Origin: a virus
Reading direction: 5' to 3' (one strand)
DNA length: 37,042 nt
Virus record (IMG/VR): IMGVR_UViG_3300024272_002272
Part shown: positions 7,891-16,165 of the stretch, piece after piece
Layout: each line of letters starts with the position of its first letter
Position numbering within the stretch: position 1 is the first letter of the stretch
Notes under the pieces: model-generated
Told to the model about the DNA's origin: nothing
Database searches by the model: none
What the model saw: only the letters and a program-made list of their open reading frames with translations
Made by a program: the position numbers and the translations under genes

Positions 7891-9196
7891 TTATATCACC
7901 TAATTCAGAATAACTATCCTCATATAAAGAGTTAGCTTCATTCTTTTTTCTTTCTAATTCACTTGCTACATCATCAACATAAGGAGATAAAGCTAATACA
8001 GTTTCTTCTGATAATATACCTGTTAATTTTTGCATAGTATCAGCAATTTCAACTGCATTAAATGGTTTATTTCTAGTGAATATAGGTTGAATTTCCATGT
8101 AACTCATTTCACTATTAGTTTTTATTTTTAAGAAGTTACACATAAGTTCTAATCTTCTTAATAAACCTTTTTTAAACTTAGCTTCTTTAACTCCTACTAA
8201 ATTTTCTAAGGCCATTAATTTATAAGATAATGCAACTCCACTAGAATTATTAGAAAACTCACTATCATTCATATTAGGTACACAAGAAAACCTATGTATA
8301 TCATTATCTAATCTGTTTTTATAGTTTTCTAAAGCACTATCTTGGATATTCTTTATAAGATATTCGGCTTTGCCTTCATTGTCTACAAAGTTTATTATGT
8401 TTTGATTTTCTATATCTTTAGCACTTTCTTCATCCATTAAATATCCACTTATAACTAGATAAGCATGAGTAAAGCTTTCAAAGTCATTAGCACTATCGGA
8501 TTGAGTTTTATCATAAGCATCAATTAGTGGCTTAATTTTTTCAAAGTCCCCATATCTTTCATCATTATTTATGTATACTGAAACTGGTACATCTAAAAAA
8601 TAATGTGGCACTTGGTTCACAAATCTTATTGAATCTTCTTCTTTTACATAGTAGGTTATATTATTCTTATCATAAACCTCAATATGAGTTATAGTATCTT
8701 CAGTATCTATTAATTTTTCATCATAATATCTTATAGCAAATATAATATTTTCTTGAAGTGTATTATCATATGCTACTATACATTCACTAGGATCAATAGA
8801 AGCAAATCTAATATTTGTATCTTCATCAACATACATTATCTCTATACCATAACCACATATAGAAGCATTTTTAGCTAAAGTAGTATTATTATCTGCTTCA
8901 TCATTGTAAACTAATAATTCTTTTATAGTTTCAAAGTTTTCTATGTTAACATAAGATACAGGCTTACCTAAAAAATACCCAACTGCCGTATTTGTGATAT
9001 AACTTGCATAAGGGTTAGATATTTTATTTTTAGGTTTATTTCCGTTGTTATATTCTCTATAAACTATATCATTATTGTTATTGTAATAATCTTTTAATTT
9101 ATTAATTCTTTTAGCTTCTTCTTTGTGAAGCTCAAGCACATATTTAACTACATCTACTGTCATTTCTGTATCTTTATTAAGTTTAATTTTTCTCAT
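7883..9196 (-). CDS. Portal protein (SPP1 gp6-like)
   Basis: 437-aa ORF immediately after the large terminase gene. Size and synteny fit a portal. Confidence 0.8.
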   Translation of the reverse strand: MRKIKLNKDTEMTVDVVKYVLELHKEEAKRINKLKDYYNNNNDIVYREYNNGNKPKNKISNPYASYITNTAVGYFLGKPVSYVNIENFETIKELLVYNDEADNNTTLAKNASICGYGIEIMYVDEDTNIRFASIDPSECIVAYDNTLQENIIFAIRYYDEKLIDTEDTITHIEVYDKNNITYYVKEEDSIRFVNQVPHYFLDVPVSVYINNDERYGDFEKIKPLIDAYDKTQSDSANDFESFTHAYLVISGYLMDEESAKDIENQNIINFVDNEGKAEYLIKNIQDSALENYKNRLDNDIHRFSCVPNMNDSEFSNNSSGVALSYKLMALENLVGVKEAKFKKGLLRRLELMCNFLKIKTNSEMSYMEIQPIFTRNKPFNAVEIADTMQKLTGILSEETVLALSPYVDDVASELERKKNEANSLYEDSYSELGDINV

Positions 9197-9207
9197 ACTA
9201 CACCCCC

Positions 9208-10473
9208 TTATAAATCAAATCTATCTCTATTAAATTTAATTCCACCTAGCCTTACATCTTCTAAACTGTATCTGAGTGCATCCATTAAATGGTTATAATC
9301 ATCAATAGGCTTATTAATAACATTACCTTCTTTTGTGTCCCATACATAATTAGACAACTCAACTATAGTATTTTCACATTTAGGGTGAACGTATATTTTA
9401 AAATCTTGTATAAATTGAATACCATTTAAAATACTGTCTTTCCCCTTTTTAGCACCTTTAATTCTGTATATACCTTGCCTTTTTATATCATCTATAGATT
9501 TAGGCTCTGAACTATCCCCAACTATTTTTTCTTTTGAATAGCCTTTATATTTAATCATATTAGCTATATCTTTATTACTCATAGCTTTCTGATAGTGTTC
9601 ATCAAATATAAATATTTCATTATTATCTAAATCGATTAAAGAAGCTATAAAAGCAGTAGGATCATTTGTATATCCAAAGTCAAGGCCAAAGGCACTTTTG
9701 ATATTTCTTCTCTTTTTAATTTCTTCTATATTAAATTCTAATTCCTCAAAGTTACTATAGACTAATCCTTCTGCTATTCCCCAGTTTCCTAATCCTTCAA
9801 TATTATATCTTCTAGGATTATTTATCTTCATTTTTTCAAATAGCTTTTTATCATCCTTACCTAGAAATTCATTACAAGTATAGTTTGTGGTAATAGCTAA
9901 AATATCATCATCAACAACATCAAAGAATCTTTTCTTTAACCAGTGTTTTTCACTCCATGGGTTAAAGCTTAATATTATCTGTTTAAAATATCCTGGAGGT
10001 AATTCCCCCCTTATAGACATATCAACTTTATTAAAATCATCTTCATTCATTATTTGAAAAGCTTCCTCAAACCAACACCAGCACAAGTGGCCATGTTCAA
10101 CAGTAATAGAAGTTATAGACATAGGATCATCTAAACCCCTAAACAATATCTTTTGGCCAGTAGGTAAATAAGTTGCTTCTAGTGGTGATTTGCTAAACTT
10201 CCATAAATGAGATACTCCTAAAGTATTTGAAGCCCATTTTAATTGAGTATATGTACTGTCTTTATGAGTGTTAAAAACTCTCCTAATAATCAAAGTATTA
10301 GCTAAAGGATATTTCATCATATTGTAAATTATCCATAAAGCAGTAGTAGTTGATTTTTTGCTACCTCTACCACCTTTTACAACTTTATATCTACCTTTAT
10401 AATTCCAATAAGTTGCATAGCCTTTACCTATTATTTGTGGTAAGTTAATCCTCAAGTAATTCTTCCCCCTCAA
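9208..10473 (-). CDS. Terminase large subunit (PBSX/XtmB-like)
   Basis: 421 aa. Walker A-like VKGGRGSKKSTT near the N-terminus. It follows the small subunit with an overlap. Confidence 0.85.
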   Translation of the reverse strand: MRGKNYLRINLPQIIGKGYATYWNYKGRYKVVKGGRGSKKSTTTALWIIYNMMKYPLANTLIIRRVFNTHKDSTYTQLKWASNTLGVSHLWKFSKSPLEATYLPTGQKILFRGLDDPMSITSITVEHGHLCWCWFEEAFQIMNEDDFNKVDMSIRGELPPGYFKQIILSFNPWSEKHWLKKRFFDVVDDDILAITTNYTCNEFLGKDDKKLFEKMKINNPRRYNIEGLGNWGIAEGLVYSNFEELEFNIEEIKKRRNIKSAFGLDFGYTNDPTAFIASLIDLDNNEIFIFDEHYQKAMSNKDIANMIKYKGYSKEKIVGDSSEPKSIDDIKRQGIYRIKGAKKGKDSILNGIQFIQDFKIYVHPKCENTIVELSNYVWDTKEGNVINKPIDDYNHLMDALRYSLEDVRLGGIKFNRDRFDL

Positions 10474-10882
10474 ATATTACTTGTTGATTTACATTAGCTT
10501 CAACTTTATCAACCCACATTCTGTACCTTTTACCTAGTAATTCAGATGCCCTCATTCTATCTTTTATAGTTGGTTTTCTAGTTGTTCTTAATTCTTCGCC
10601 AAGCTGGCTAAATTGCACTACTTCTTCTTCTGTTATTCCCCTAGCTATATCAGTAAGTATTTGCAATATTTCATCTTGTGAAGCTATTCTGCTTTCATCT
10701 TTAGCACTCATAACTTCATCTATGTAATTTTTAACCTTTGCATTTCTAAGCAATCTACTTCCATTTGATTCTGCTGTACTTTGGTTTTCTACACCATAAG
10801 CTTTTTTATAGCTTTCAGTTGCATTAAGGCTTTCAATATAATAATCTGCAAAAGCCTTTTGTTTATCATTTAATTTACTCAC
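10445..10882 (-). CDS. Terminase small subunit
   Basis: 145 aa. GTG start with an AAGGAGG RBS. The N-terminus KQKAFADYYIESLNATESYKKAYG is typical of small terminase subunits. Confidence 0.75.
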   Translation of the reverse strand: MSKLNDKQKAFADYYIESLNATESYKKAYGVENQSTAESNGSRLLRNAKVKNYIDEVMSAKDESRIASQDEILQILTDIARGITEEEVVQFSQLGEELRTTRKPTIKDRMRASELLGKRYRMWVDKVEANVNQQVIFEGEELLED

Positions 10883-10937
10883 CCCAATACCTCCTTTATA
10901 TACTTTGACGATGATTTTAATAAAATAAAAAAGAAGC

Positions 10938-11078
10938 CTAATAACTAGACTTCTCCCCCTTTGGTACTTCTTCCATAACTTCTATAAGCCATTGTACCCT
11001 CTTAGGTATTTCAATAGTAGCTTTTATAACTTCATTTACATCTTTCCATACCTTAACCTTAGTTTTCTTCTCTTTCAA
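10938..11078 (-). CDS. Possible 46-aa ORF (TTG start)
   Basis: Hand translation: (M)KEKKTKVKVWKDVNEVIKATIEIPKRVQWLIEVMEEVPKGEKSSY*. A GAGGGG RBS lies 7 nt upstream. Support is weak. Confidence 0.3.
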   Translation of the reverse strand: MKEKKTKVKVWKDVNEVIKATIEIPKRVQWLIEVMEEVPKGEKSSY

Positions 11079-11169
11079 CTCAATTCCCCTCTTTGAGTTT
11101 TAATGTTAGAGTACTAAAATTAATTAATACTCTAAAATAAAAAATCAAATAAAAGGATAAATAAAAATG

Positions 11170-11199
11170 AAAAAATTAAAACCACCTAAAACTAGGTGG
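11170..11199 (-). terminator. Rho-independent terminator after the late-regulator gene
   Basis: Minus sense: CCACCUA-GUUU-UAGGUGG followed by UUUUAAUUUUUU. Confidence 0.55.
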
Positions 11200-11312
11200 C
11201 ATTTTAAGGAGTTTTATACAATATATGTTTATATATCATGTAACAATAATATATTACTATATCTAAAATGAAAATAAAACGTAAATTAAAAGTAAAAACG
11301 TAGTAATTTCAA

Positions 11313-11714
11313 TTACTCTACTAAATTTACTAAGCTATTTATAATTCTGTCTTTGTTAATCCATATAGTTTTAGTTTCATAATAGTTTAATTTTAATGCT
11401 ATTTTATTCATTCTAATATTTTCTATATAGAATGCTTCTACTATGTATCTATCTTTAGTATTTAAGCTTTCTAAAAGTGCATCAGTTAAGCTAACTTCAT
11501 ATCTTAATTTATCTAATTCTTTTTCTCTTTTTACAACTAAATCAGATAAATCACTTTGATTTGAAGTTTGGATTTTTTCTTTTGAGTAATCTATTGCACT
11601 TATAGTAAAATCATCATCAGTAACTATACCCAATTCAAGTATTTTTATTCTTGATTTATTCTTTTTGTAATTTCTTAATAAATTTTCTATGTATTTATAT
11701 TTGTCTTTAGCCAT
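11313..11714 (-). CDS. Late-gene transcriptional activator (ArpU/RinA-like, sigma region 4-like)
   Basis: 133-aa ORF, last before the long intergenic region upstream of terS. The position is typical for Firmicute phages. No strict motif was verified. Confidence 0.5.
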   Translation of the reverse strand: MAKDKYKYIENLLRNYKKNKSRIKILELGIVTDDDFTISAIDYSKEKIQTSNQSDLSDLVVKREKELDKLRYEVSLTDALLESLNTKDRYIVEAFYIENIRMNKIALKLNYYETKTIWINKDRIINSLVNLVE

Positions 11715-11715
11715 T

Positions 11716-12333
11716 TTATCCCCTTGATTTTAGTTTTGAAGCTTTGCTAAGTATCTTGGCTATATTAACTCCTGTTTTAGTCAATTCTTTATCTTTATAT
11801 ATTAATTTATTGTTGTTTAATATGAGCATTTCACTTCTTGATACTGCTATTAAATTATCTATATCAAAGTTTTGCCTGTTTCCATCTGCAAATATAACAT
11901 TGTGGTCTTTTGGAATTTCTCCATAATATTGTTCATAAACATATCTTTGTTTTAGTTTCCACGTTCTAGGATCAGCAACTTTTATTTCAATATATCCGTC
12001 TTTATTTACTCTTTCACTTCCCACTGGTCTATATTGAGGGGGCATGGTTCCTTTTTTAAAAGATGTTTTATTTGCACCCATATAGCCTTTAAGCCCTTTG
12101 TTCCAAGGTATACTTCCTTTTCTAAAGCACCCTGTAGTACCAGTAGTTAAATTATATCTATTCATAGCCCCTTTGATTTGTTGGTCTGTAAAATCATAAT
12201 TAAACTTATCTTTCATTAAATTTGCTATTTCTTTATAAGTCCTACCTTTTACAATAGAAGCTAAATATTCTTTTTCTTCTTCACTCCATTTATGAAGCCT
12301 TTTATTTTTACTCCCTTTAGGTCTACCAGTCAT
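11716..12333 (-). CDS. HNH endonuclease with an N-terminal SANT/Myb-like HTH
   Basis: HNH_3-like C-terminus (VIFADGNRQNFDIDNLIAVSRSE). The N-terminus has WSEEEKEYLASIVKG. It lies near the terminase genes. Confidence 0.7.
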   Translation of the reverse strand: MTGRPKGSKNKRLHKWSEEEKEYLASIVKGRTYKEIANLMKDKFNYDFTDQQIKGAMNRYNLTTGTTGCFRKGSIPWNKGLKGYMGANKTSFKKGTMPPQYRPVGSERVNKDGYIEIKVADPRTWKLKQRYVYEQYYGEIPKDHNVIFADGNRQNFDIDNLIAVSRSEMLILNNNKLIYKDKELTKTGVNIAKILSKASKLKSRG

Positions 12334-12337
12334 ACTA

Positions 12338-12559
12338 TTAACCCTCTAACATCTTAGGGTTTTCTTGCATATATTCAGTAGAATATTTTTTAGCTTCAAG
12401 CACAACCCTAGCATTTAATATTATTTCTTTAGCTATATTTGCTACTGCTTTGCTTCTTTCAATTTCTTCTGAAAGTTTCTCCCCTTTTATATCTTCATCA
12501 TTTAATCTTTCAAGTTGCATGAATAGGTGGTTGTTTAAATCTCCCAGTGTATTTTTCAT
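12338..12559 (-). CDS. Hypothetical protein
   Basis: 73-aa ORF in an operon context. Confidence 0.5.
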   Translation of the reverse strand: MKNTLGDLNNHLFMQLERLNDEDIKGEKLSEEIERSKAVANIAKEIILNARVVLEAKKYSTEYMQENPKMLEG

Positions 12560-12584
12560 TTTTATATCCCTTCTTTATCTGTAT

Positions 12585-12604
12585 TACTGACTGTCAGTAC
12601 TGAC
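12585..12604. promoter_or_regulatory. Overlapping inverted repeats (TACTGAC-T-GTCAGTA / GTCAG-TA-CTGAC); a possible operator
   Basis: Read directly. It lies 26-45 nt upstream of the start of ORF 12338..12559. The loops are too short for an RNA hairpin, so a DNA-level binding site is more likely. Confidence 0.35.
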
Positions 12605-12682
12605 ATAAAATTTTTAAAAGCCTTAAACCTATTGAAAACGCTAATGCTTAAAAAAATGGCATAAAACTAGGTATTTTATGTC

Positions 12683-12916
12683 TTATTTCTTCCTGTTTTC
12701 TAATCTTTGTATCTCTCTATCTAAGTACCACATTGCTTTTTTTAAGTCCTGAACTATATCGTCTTTATGTCCTGCCCTAGATATATATTTTATGGTATTG
12801 CCTAAGTTAAATCCAAGCTCCCAATCCTCTATAACATCAATAGCTTCATATTTACCCATGTTATAATGGCTCGGGTGGTCTACCATTTCTTTTTCTTCTA
12901 TTTCAAACATTATCAT
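12683..12916 (-). CDS. DUF3310-family protein
   Basis: HPSHYN...IDVIEDW...GNTIKYISRAGHK...DLKKAMWYL matches my memory of the DUF3310 pattern. Confidence 0.65.
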   Translation of the reverse strand: MIMFEIEEKEMVDHPSHYNMGKYEAIDVIEDWELGFNLGNTIKYISRAGHKDDIVQDLKKAMWYLDREIQRLENRKK

Positions 12917-12925
12917 ATCTTCCCC

Positions 12926-13105
12926 CTACTTATCTTTATAGTGCCTTATATATGTATTAACCCTGTTAGCTTCTTGTATTATCCTACACAAAGTATCTTG
13001 AACCTTAAAAGACATATAGCCTTCTTCATTCTGTTCATTTAATACATCAGCTAAAGAGTTTATTTTTTCTACTATCTCACTATATCTTTCAAAATTAAAC
13101 CCCAT
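12926..13105 (-). CDS. Hypothetical 59-aa protein
   Basis: Hand translation: MGFNFERYSEIVEKINSLADVLNEQNEEGYMSFKVQDTLCRIIQEANRVNTYIRHYKDK*. GGGGG RBS. It fills the gap between SSB and DUF3310. Confidence 0.5.
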   Translation of the reverse strand: MGFNFERYSEIVEKINSLADVLNEQNEEGYMSFKVQDTLCRIIQEANRVNTYIRHYKDK

Positions 13106-13124
13106 GACTTATACCCCCTATTAA

Positions 13125-13523
13125 TTAGAAAGGTATCTCGTCATTGTCTACTTCTTGAAATTCTGTAAATTCTAAAGTATTTGTATTAGATTTATTTTCA
13201 GTATTATTATTGCTGCTTAAAAATTCTAATCTATCAACTTTTACTTTAGTAAAGCTTCTTTTCTCTCCGTCTTTTTCGTACTGATCTATATTTAATTCAC
13301 CTTCAACTAATATAGATTTTCCTTTAGTTATATATTGGCATAATTTTTCTGTATGCTGCCCCAGCATTTCACAGTTTATAAAATCAACTTTTTTATTATT
13401 TTTATCCTTTTGATAATTTCTTTCTACGGCTAAAGAAAAAGTCATTTTTGGAGTGCCTGTTGCTCCTATAAATCCTAATTCTGCATCTCTAGTTGTTCTT
13501 CCAGTTAATACTACTTTGTTCAT
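13125..13523 (-). CDS. ssb: Single-stranded DNA-binding protein
   Basis: OB-fold-like N-terminus (MNKVVLTGRTTRDAEL...) and an acidic C-terminal tip (DNDEIPF). Confidence 0.85.
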   Translation of the reverse strand: MNKVVLTGRTTRDAELGFIGATGTPKMTFSLAVERNYQKDKNNKKVDFINCEMLGQHTEKLCQYITKGKSILVEGELNIDQYEKDGEKRSFTKVKVDRLEFLSSNNNTENKSNTNTLEFTEFQEVDNDEIPF

Positions 13524-13602
13524 CTTCTATTCTCCTTTTCACTTATAAATATTGCCATCTTAATAATTAGATAACACATTAATATAAACTTTATAATTCT
13601 CA

Positions 13603-13929
13603 TTACTTCATCATATGTTTGTACTTATTCATAAAATAATCCTTGAACTTCTCATGCTCTTGTTCTGACCAAAAGTCAATTTTTACCCCTATGTTTTTGC
13701 TCCACCTCTCAGATTCTAAAGCAAAGTATGGTGCAAGGATTATGCTATTGTATTTAGCTTTTTTTTCAGCTTCTTCTTTTTCTATAACTTTATTAAATAT
13801 ATTATACTTCCACACATATTGGTTAAGTGCATAAGCTAATAACTTATCATTAACTGTTTCTACAGGAACTACAAAATCCCCTTTTTGTTTTTCTATATGA
13901 TTAAATATTATATCTGCTTGACTTTTCAT
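13603..13929 (-). CDS. Hypothetical protein (108 aa from the internal ATG)
   Basis: The ATG at 13929 is preceded by AAGGGGAG. The longer ORF-track start at 13986 would overlap the upstream gene. Confidence 0.5.
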   Translation of the reverse strand: MKSQADIIFNHIEKQKGDFVVPVETVNDKLLAYALNQYVWKYNIFNKVIEKEEAEKKAKYNSIILAPYFALESERWSKNIGVKIDFWSEQEHEKFKDYFMNKYKHMMK

Positions 13930-13945
13930 TTTACTCCCCTTGATT

Positions 13946-14188
13946 TTATTTATATGTCTTTTTATAGGCCTTCCAAATACTTTCAATAAGTTCAGATTTG
14001 GTCATCTTTTTTTTGTTTGCAAAATCTTCAATATCTTTTTCAATACTCTCATCTAAATTTATTCTATTTAGCCCTTTGTTTATTAACTTGCATAGCATAT
14101 AGTTAATACTTCTTTCTTCTACCTCTGAAATATCTTTTACTTTATCAAATATTTCTTCATCTATTCTTAATAAGAAGCTCTTTTTCAA
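13946..14188 (-). CDS. Ribbon-helix-helix (CopG/Arc-like) protein
   Basis: 80 aa. TTG start with a GGAGGTG RBS. The N-terminus KKSFLLRIDEEIFDKVKDISEVEERSINYML resembles an RHH beta-strand plus helix. Confidence 0.5.
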   Translation of the reverse strand: MKKSFLLRIDEEIFDKVKDISEVEERSINYMLCKLINKGLNRINLDESIEKDIEDFANKKKMTKSELIESIWKAYKKTYK

Positions 14189-14299
14189 TTAATCACCTCC
14201 ATAATATCATATTGATATTATATTAATATTATATCATATTTTTACAAAATTATATATATTTTATGTTTACTTAATAATTATTTATTGGTATTATTTAAC

Positions 14300-14396
14300 A
14301 TGGTAGCAAAACCTAGTATATAAAATATTTTGTACGATTTAATCATATCTCTTCGCTACCTTAGGAATCTATCATCTTTTAGGTGGTAGATTTTTT
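14300..14396 (+). ncRNA. Candidate about 97-nt plus-strand small RNA convergent with cas12f (possible tracrRNA or antisense regulator)
   Basis: Promoter: TTTACT (14266-14271), 17 nt, TATTAT (14289-14294). Terminator: UCUAUCAUCU-UUU-AGGUGGUAGA plus U6 (14368-14396); its two G-U pairs would be C-A mismatches on the other strand. Internal GGTAGC/GCTACC pairing. Positions 14312-14326 resemble part of the CRISPR repeat. Confidence 0.4.
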
Positions 14397-14401
14397 AATA
14401 T

Positions 14402-14427
14402 AAAAAAGACTAGGATTAACCTAGTCT
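14402..14427 (-). terminator. Rho-independent terminator of the cas12f-like gene
   Basis: Minus sense: AGACUAGG-UUAAU-CCUAGUCU followed by UUUUU. The stem overlaps the TAG stop codon. Confidence 0.6.
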
Positions 14428-15634
14428 ATTTAATAAAATCTTCACTTCTAGCAATATTTATACTTGCATTATGGTCTGCATTTAATTCAAAACCACATTT
14501 AGTACATTTAAACTTTTCTTGAGTTTGCCTATTTTCTTTATCTATATGCCCACACTTACTGCAAGTTTGACTTGTGTAAGCTGGATTAACATATCTCACT
14601 TTTATACCTATTCTATTTGCTTTATACTCCACCATTCTTTGAAGTTCATAATAACTCCAATTCCTTAGTATACTATCATTGAAACCATCTTTAGTTAATT
14701 TCTCCATATTAATATATTGGCATTTATATTTTTTAGCAAATTCAATTATTCTTTTACTTATCATGTGGTTATATGTTTTAGCAAAATTCCTCTCACATTC
14801 ACTTAATCTATTTAGATTTTTTAATTTTTTACCTCTACCCTTGCCACCTTTGACATTTTTTAATTGTTGTTGCGTTCTATTCCTTCTATCTTGGTATTGT
14901 TTACGTTGCTTTATAAGTTCTAGTGCTTCTCCTATATGTTCTCTTTTGTGGGTATCATCATTTAAGCACACATAAGCTGGATATTTAACTCCTAAATCAA
15001 CGCCTAAAACCCTGCCTTCTATAAATAATTCTTCTTGTTTAAATGGTATATCTAAGGTTAAATTAAGTATTAAATTATTATTTTTATCAAATTCCAAACT
15101 ACTTTGCATTACTTTATATTCTTTATTTAATATCTTCTGTAATGTATGTTGAAGTTCTAAAGTATTTTCTTTTCTAGCATTAAATACAACTTTGAAAATT
15201 ATTTTATTTACCCACTTTATAAGTATTTCTCCGTCTTGTTCATAAAATGTTAAATTTCTACCTCTAGTCATTAATGGAAAGTTTCTTTTATAGTTTATAG
15301 AACTTCTTTCGCCTTTAGCTAAACCATTTTTTAAAGATGTGCTAAAATCTTTTTTCACTTTTTGAGTTACTGCTGATAAGGTGTCTATTCCCTTTCCTAA
15401 CTCTAAGTCTTTAAATATAGGATTAGAATTTTTAAAATTCTTTTGATGTTCTTTAAAACCTTCTGATTTTATATCTCTATTGTTTGCAAGATAACCAGTC
15501 ATTATATACCCCATACCTAAATTAAGTGCTTGATACTGTGCATATTGGCTATCTCTTATAAATTTATATTGTTGCTTTCTTAGTTCTTCATTTTCATTCA
15601 CTATTATTAATTTTAATTTTCTAACAGTAATCAT
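14426..15634 (-). CDS. cas12f: Miniature type V effector, Cas12f (type V-F)/TnpB-like RuvC nuclease, 402 aa
   Basis: RuvC-I GVD(213)LGV, RuvC-II INME(311)KL, RuvC-III NAD(387)HNASINIA, and a CxxC...CxxC zinc finger (C358/C361/C377/C380). From memory, blocks such as INYKRNFPL, GGKGRGKK...NF..T.NH and NWSYYELQ...YKA...GIKV...P.YTSQ.CS.CG are collinear with AsCas12f (422 aa). The ATG at 15634 has a GGAAAGGA RBS. It is adjacent to a CRISPR array. Confidence 0.8.
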   Translation of the reverse strand: MITVRKLKLIIVNENEELRKQQYKFIRDSQYAQYQALNLGMGYIMTGYLANNRDIKSEGFKEHQKNFKNSNPIFKDLELGKGIDTLSAVTQKVKKDFSTSLKNGLAKGERSSINYKRNFPLMTRGRNLTFYEQDGEILIKWVNKIIFKVVFNARKENTLELQHTLQKILNKEYKVMQSSLEFDKNNNLILNLTLDIPFKQEELFIEGRVLGVDLGVKYPAYVCLNDDTHKREHIGEALELIKQRKQYQDRRNRTQQQLKNVKGGKGRGKKLKNLNRLSECERNFAKTYNHMISKRIIEFAKKYKCQYINMEKLTKDGFNDSILRNWSYYELQRMVEYKANRIGIKVRYVNPAYTSQTCSKCGHIDKENRQTQEKFKCTKCGFELNADHNASINIARSEDFIK

Positions 15635-15650
15635 AATTTTAATCCTTTCC

Positions 15651-15677
15651 AATAAAAAAAGGTCATAAAGACCTTTT
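15651..15677 (-). terminator. AT-rich hairpin plus U-tract between the array and cas12f (a weak terminator or processing element)
   Basis: Minus sense: AAAAGGUC-UUUAU-GACCUUUU followed by UUUAUU. It lies 17 nt upstream of the cas12f ATG. Confidence 0.35.
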
Positions 15678-15719
15678 AAAAACACATAATTTATAAAACT
15701 ATACACAGAGTTGCGATAT

Positions 15720-16068
15720 GTTTACCTATCACATAGTTAATATAAAACCTTTTAATATTACTAAATCCTTTGCTTCTATCAAATTCACATACCACATAGC
15801 TAATATAAAACTAATAATTACTTTGATATAAAAGAAGTTGTTTACAAATTCACATACCACATAGTTAATATAAAACAGTTATTTTTTCAGTTAATTTTTC
15901 TTGTATTAATACGTTTACATACCACGTAGTTAATATAAAACAAGCCACTTATAAAACTTCTTAGAAGCTAAATAAAGTTTACATACCACGTAGTTAATAT
16001 AAAGCTCAATATAATGGCTCATATATATAATAAAAAAAGGAATTTACATACCACGCAATATTTAAAAC
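15720..16068 (-). CRISPR. CRISPR array, 6 repeats (29 nt; the last is 27 nt) and 5 spacers (34-36 nt)
   Basis: Repeats on the plus strand: 15720-15748 gtttacctatcacatagttaatataaaac; 15783-15811 and 15848-15876 attcacataccacatag(c/t)taatataaaac; 15913-15941 gtttacataccacgtagttaatataaaac; 15977-16005 the same but ending aagc; 16042-16068 atttacataccacgcaatatttaaaac. The strand was assigned because the reverse complement ends ...GTGGTATGTAAAC, like Cas12f repeats (...GTGGAGTGTGAAC in AsCas12f, from memory), and is co-oriented with the cas gene. Confidence 0.85.
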
Positions 16069-16165
16069 TATGTGATTTATCGAGTGTTATAAGTAGTGAG
16101 TTGGTCTTAACCTTCACATTTTACCTTATACCTCAACCTTCGGACAGTAAATTGCCCGTATGTGT
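16069..16165 (-). ncRNA. GC-enriched block abutting the array; candidate leader-proximal structured RNA or tracrRNA
   Basis: About 38% GC by hand count (37 of 97 nt), with much more AT-rich flanks. A TATAAT (minus sense) lies at 16190-16195 upstream. There is no ORF. I found no clear anti-repeat. Confidence 0.3.

Noticed and set aside
12862-12872. Spacer 5 has an 11-nt match to the DUF3310 gene (TATAATGGCTC); it also loosely resembles the GIY-YIG gene start at 22530-22558
   Set aside because: An 11-mer hit is expected by chance about once in a window of this size and base composition. The two candidate matches are mutually exclusive, and neither extends.
15635-15706. 24-codon N-terminal extension of the cas12f-like ORF (track start at 15706)
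   Set aside because: The extension runs through the hairpin and U-tract at 15651-15677 and has no RBS. The ATG at 15634 has a GGAAAGGA RBS and gives an N-terminus (MITVRKLKL) like that of Cas12f/TnpB proteins.
14426-16068. Interpretation as an ordinary IS200/IS605 TnpB insertion sequence
   Set aside because: There is no tnpA, and I recognised no terminal hairpin LE/RE structures. The flanking repeats are regularly spaced 29-mers separated by unique 34-36-nt sequences, which is a CRISPR array rather than transposon ends. This still needs a phylogenetic check.
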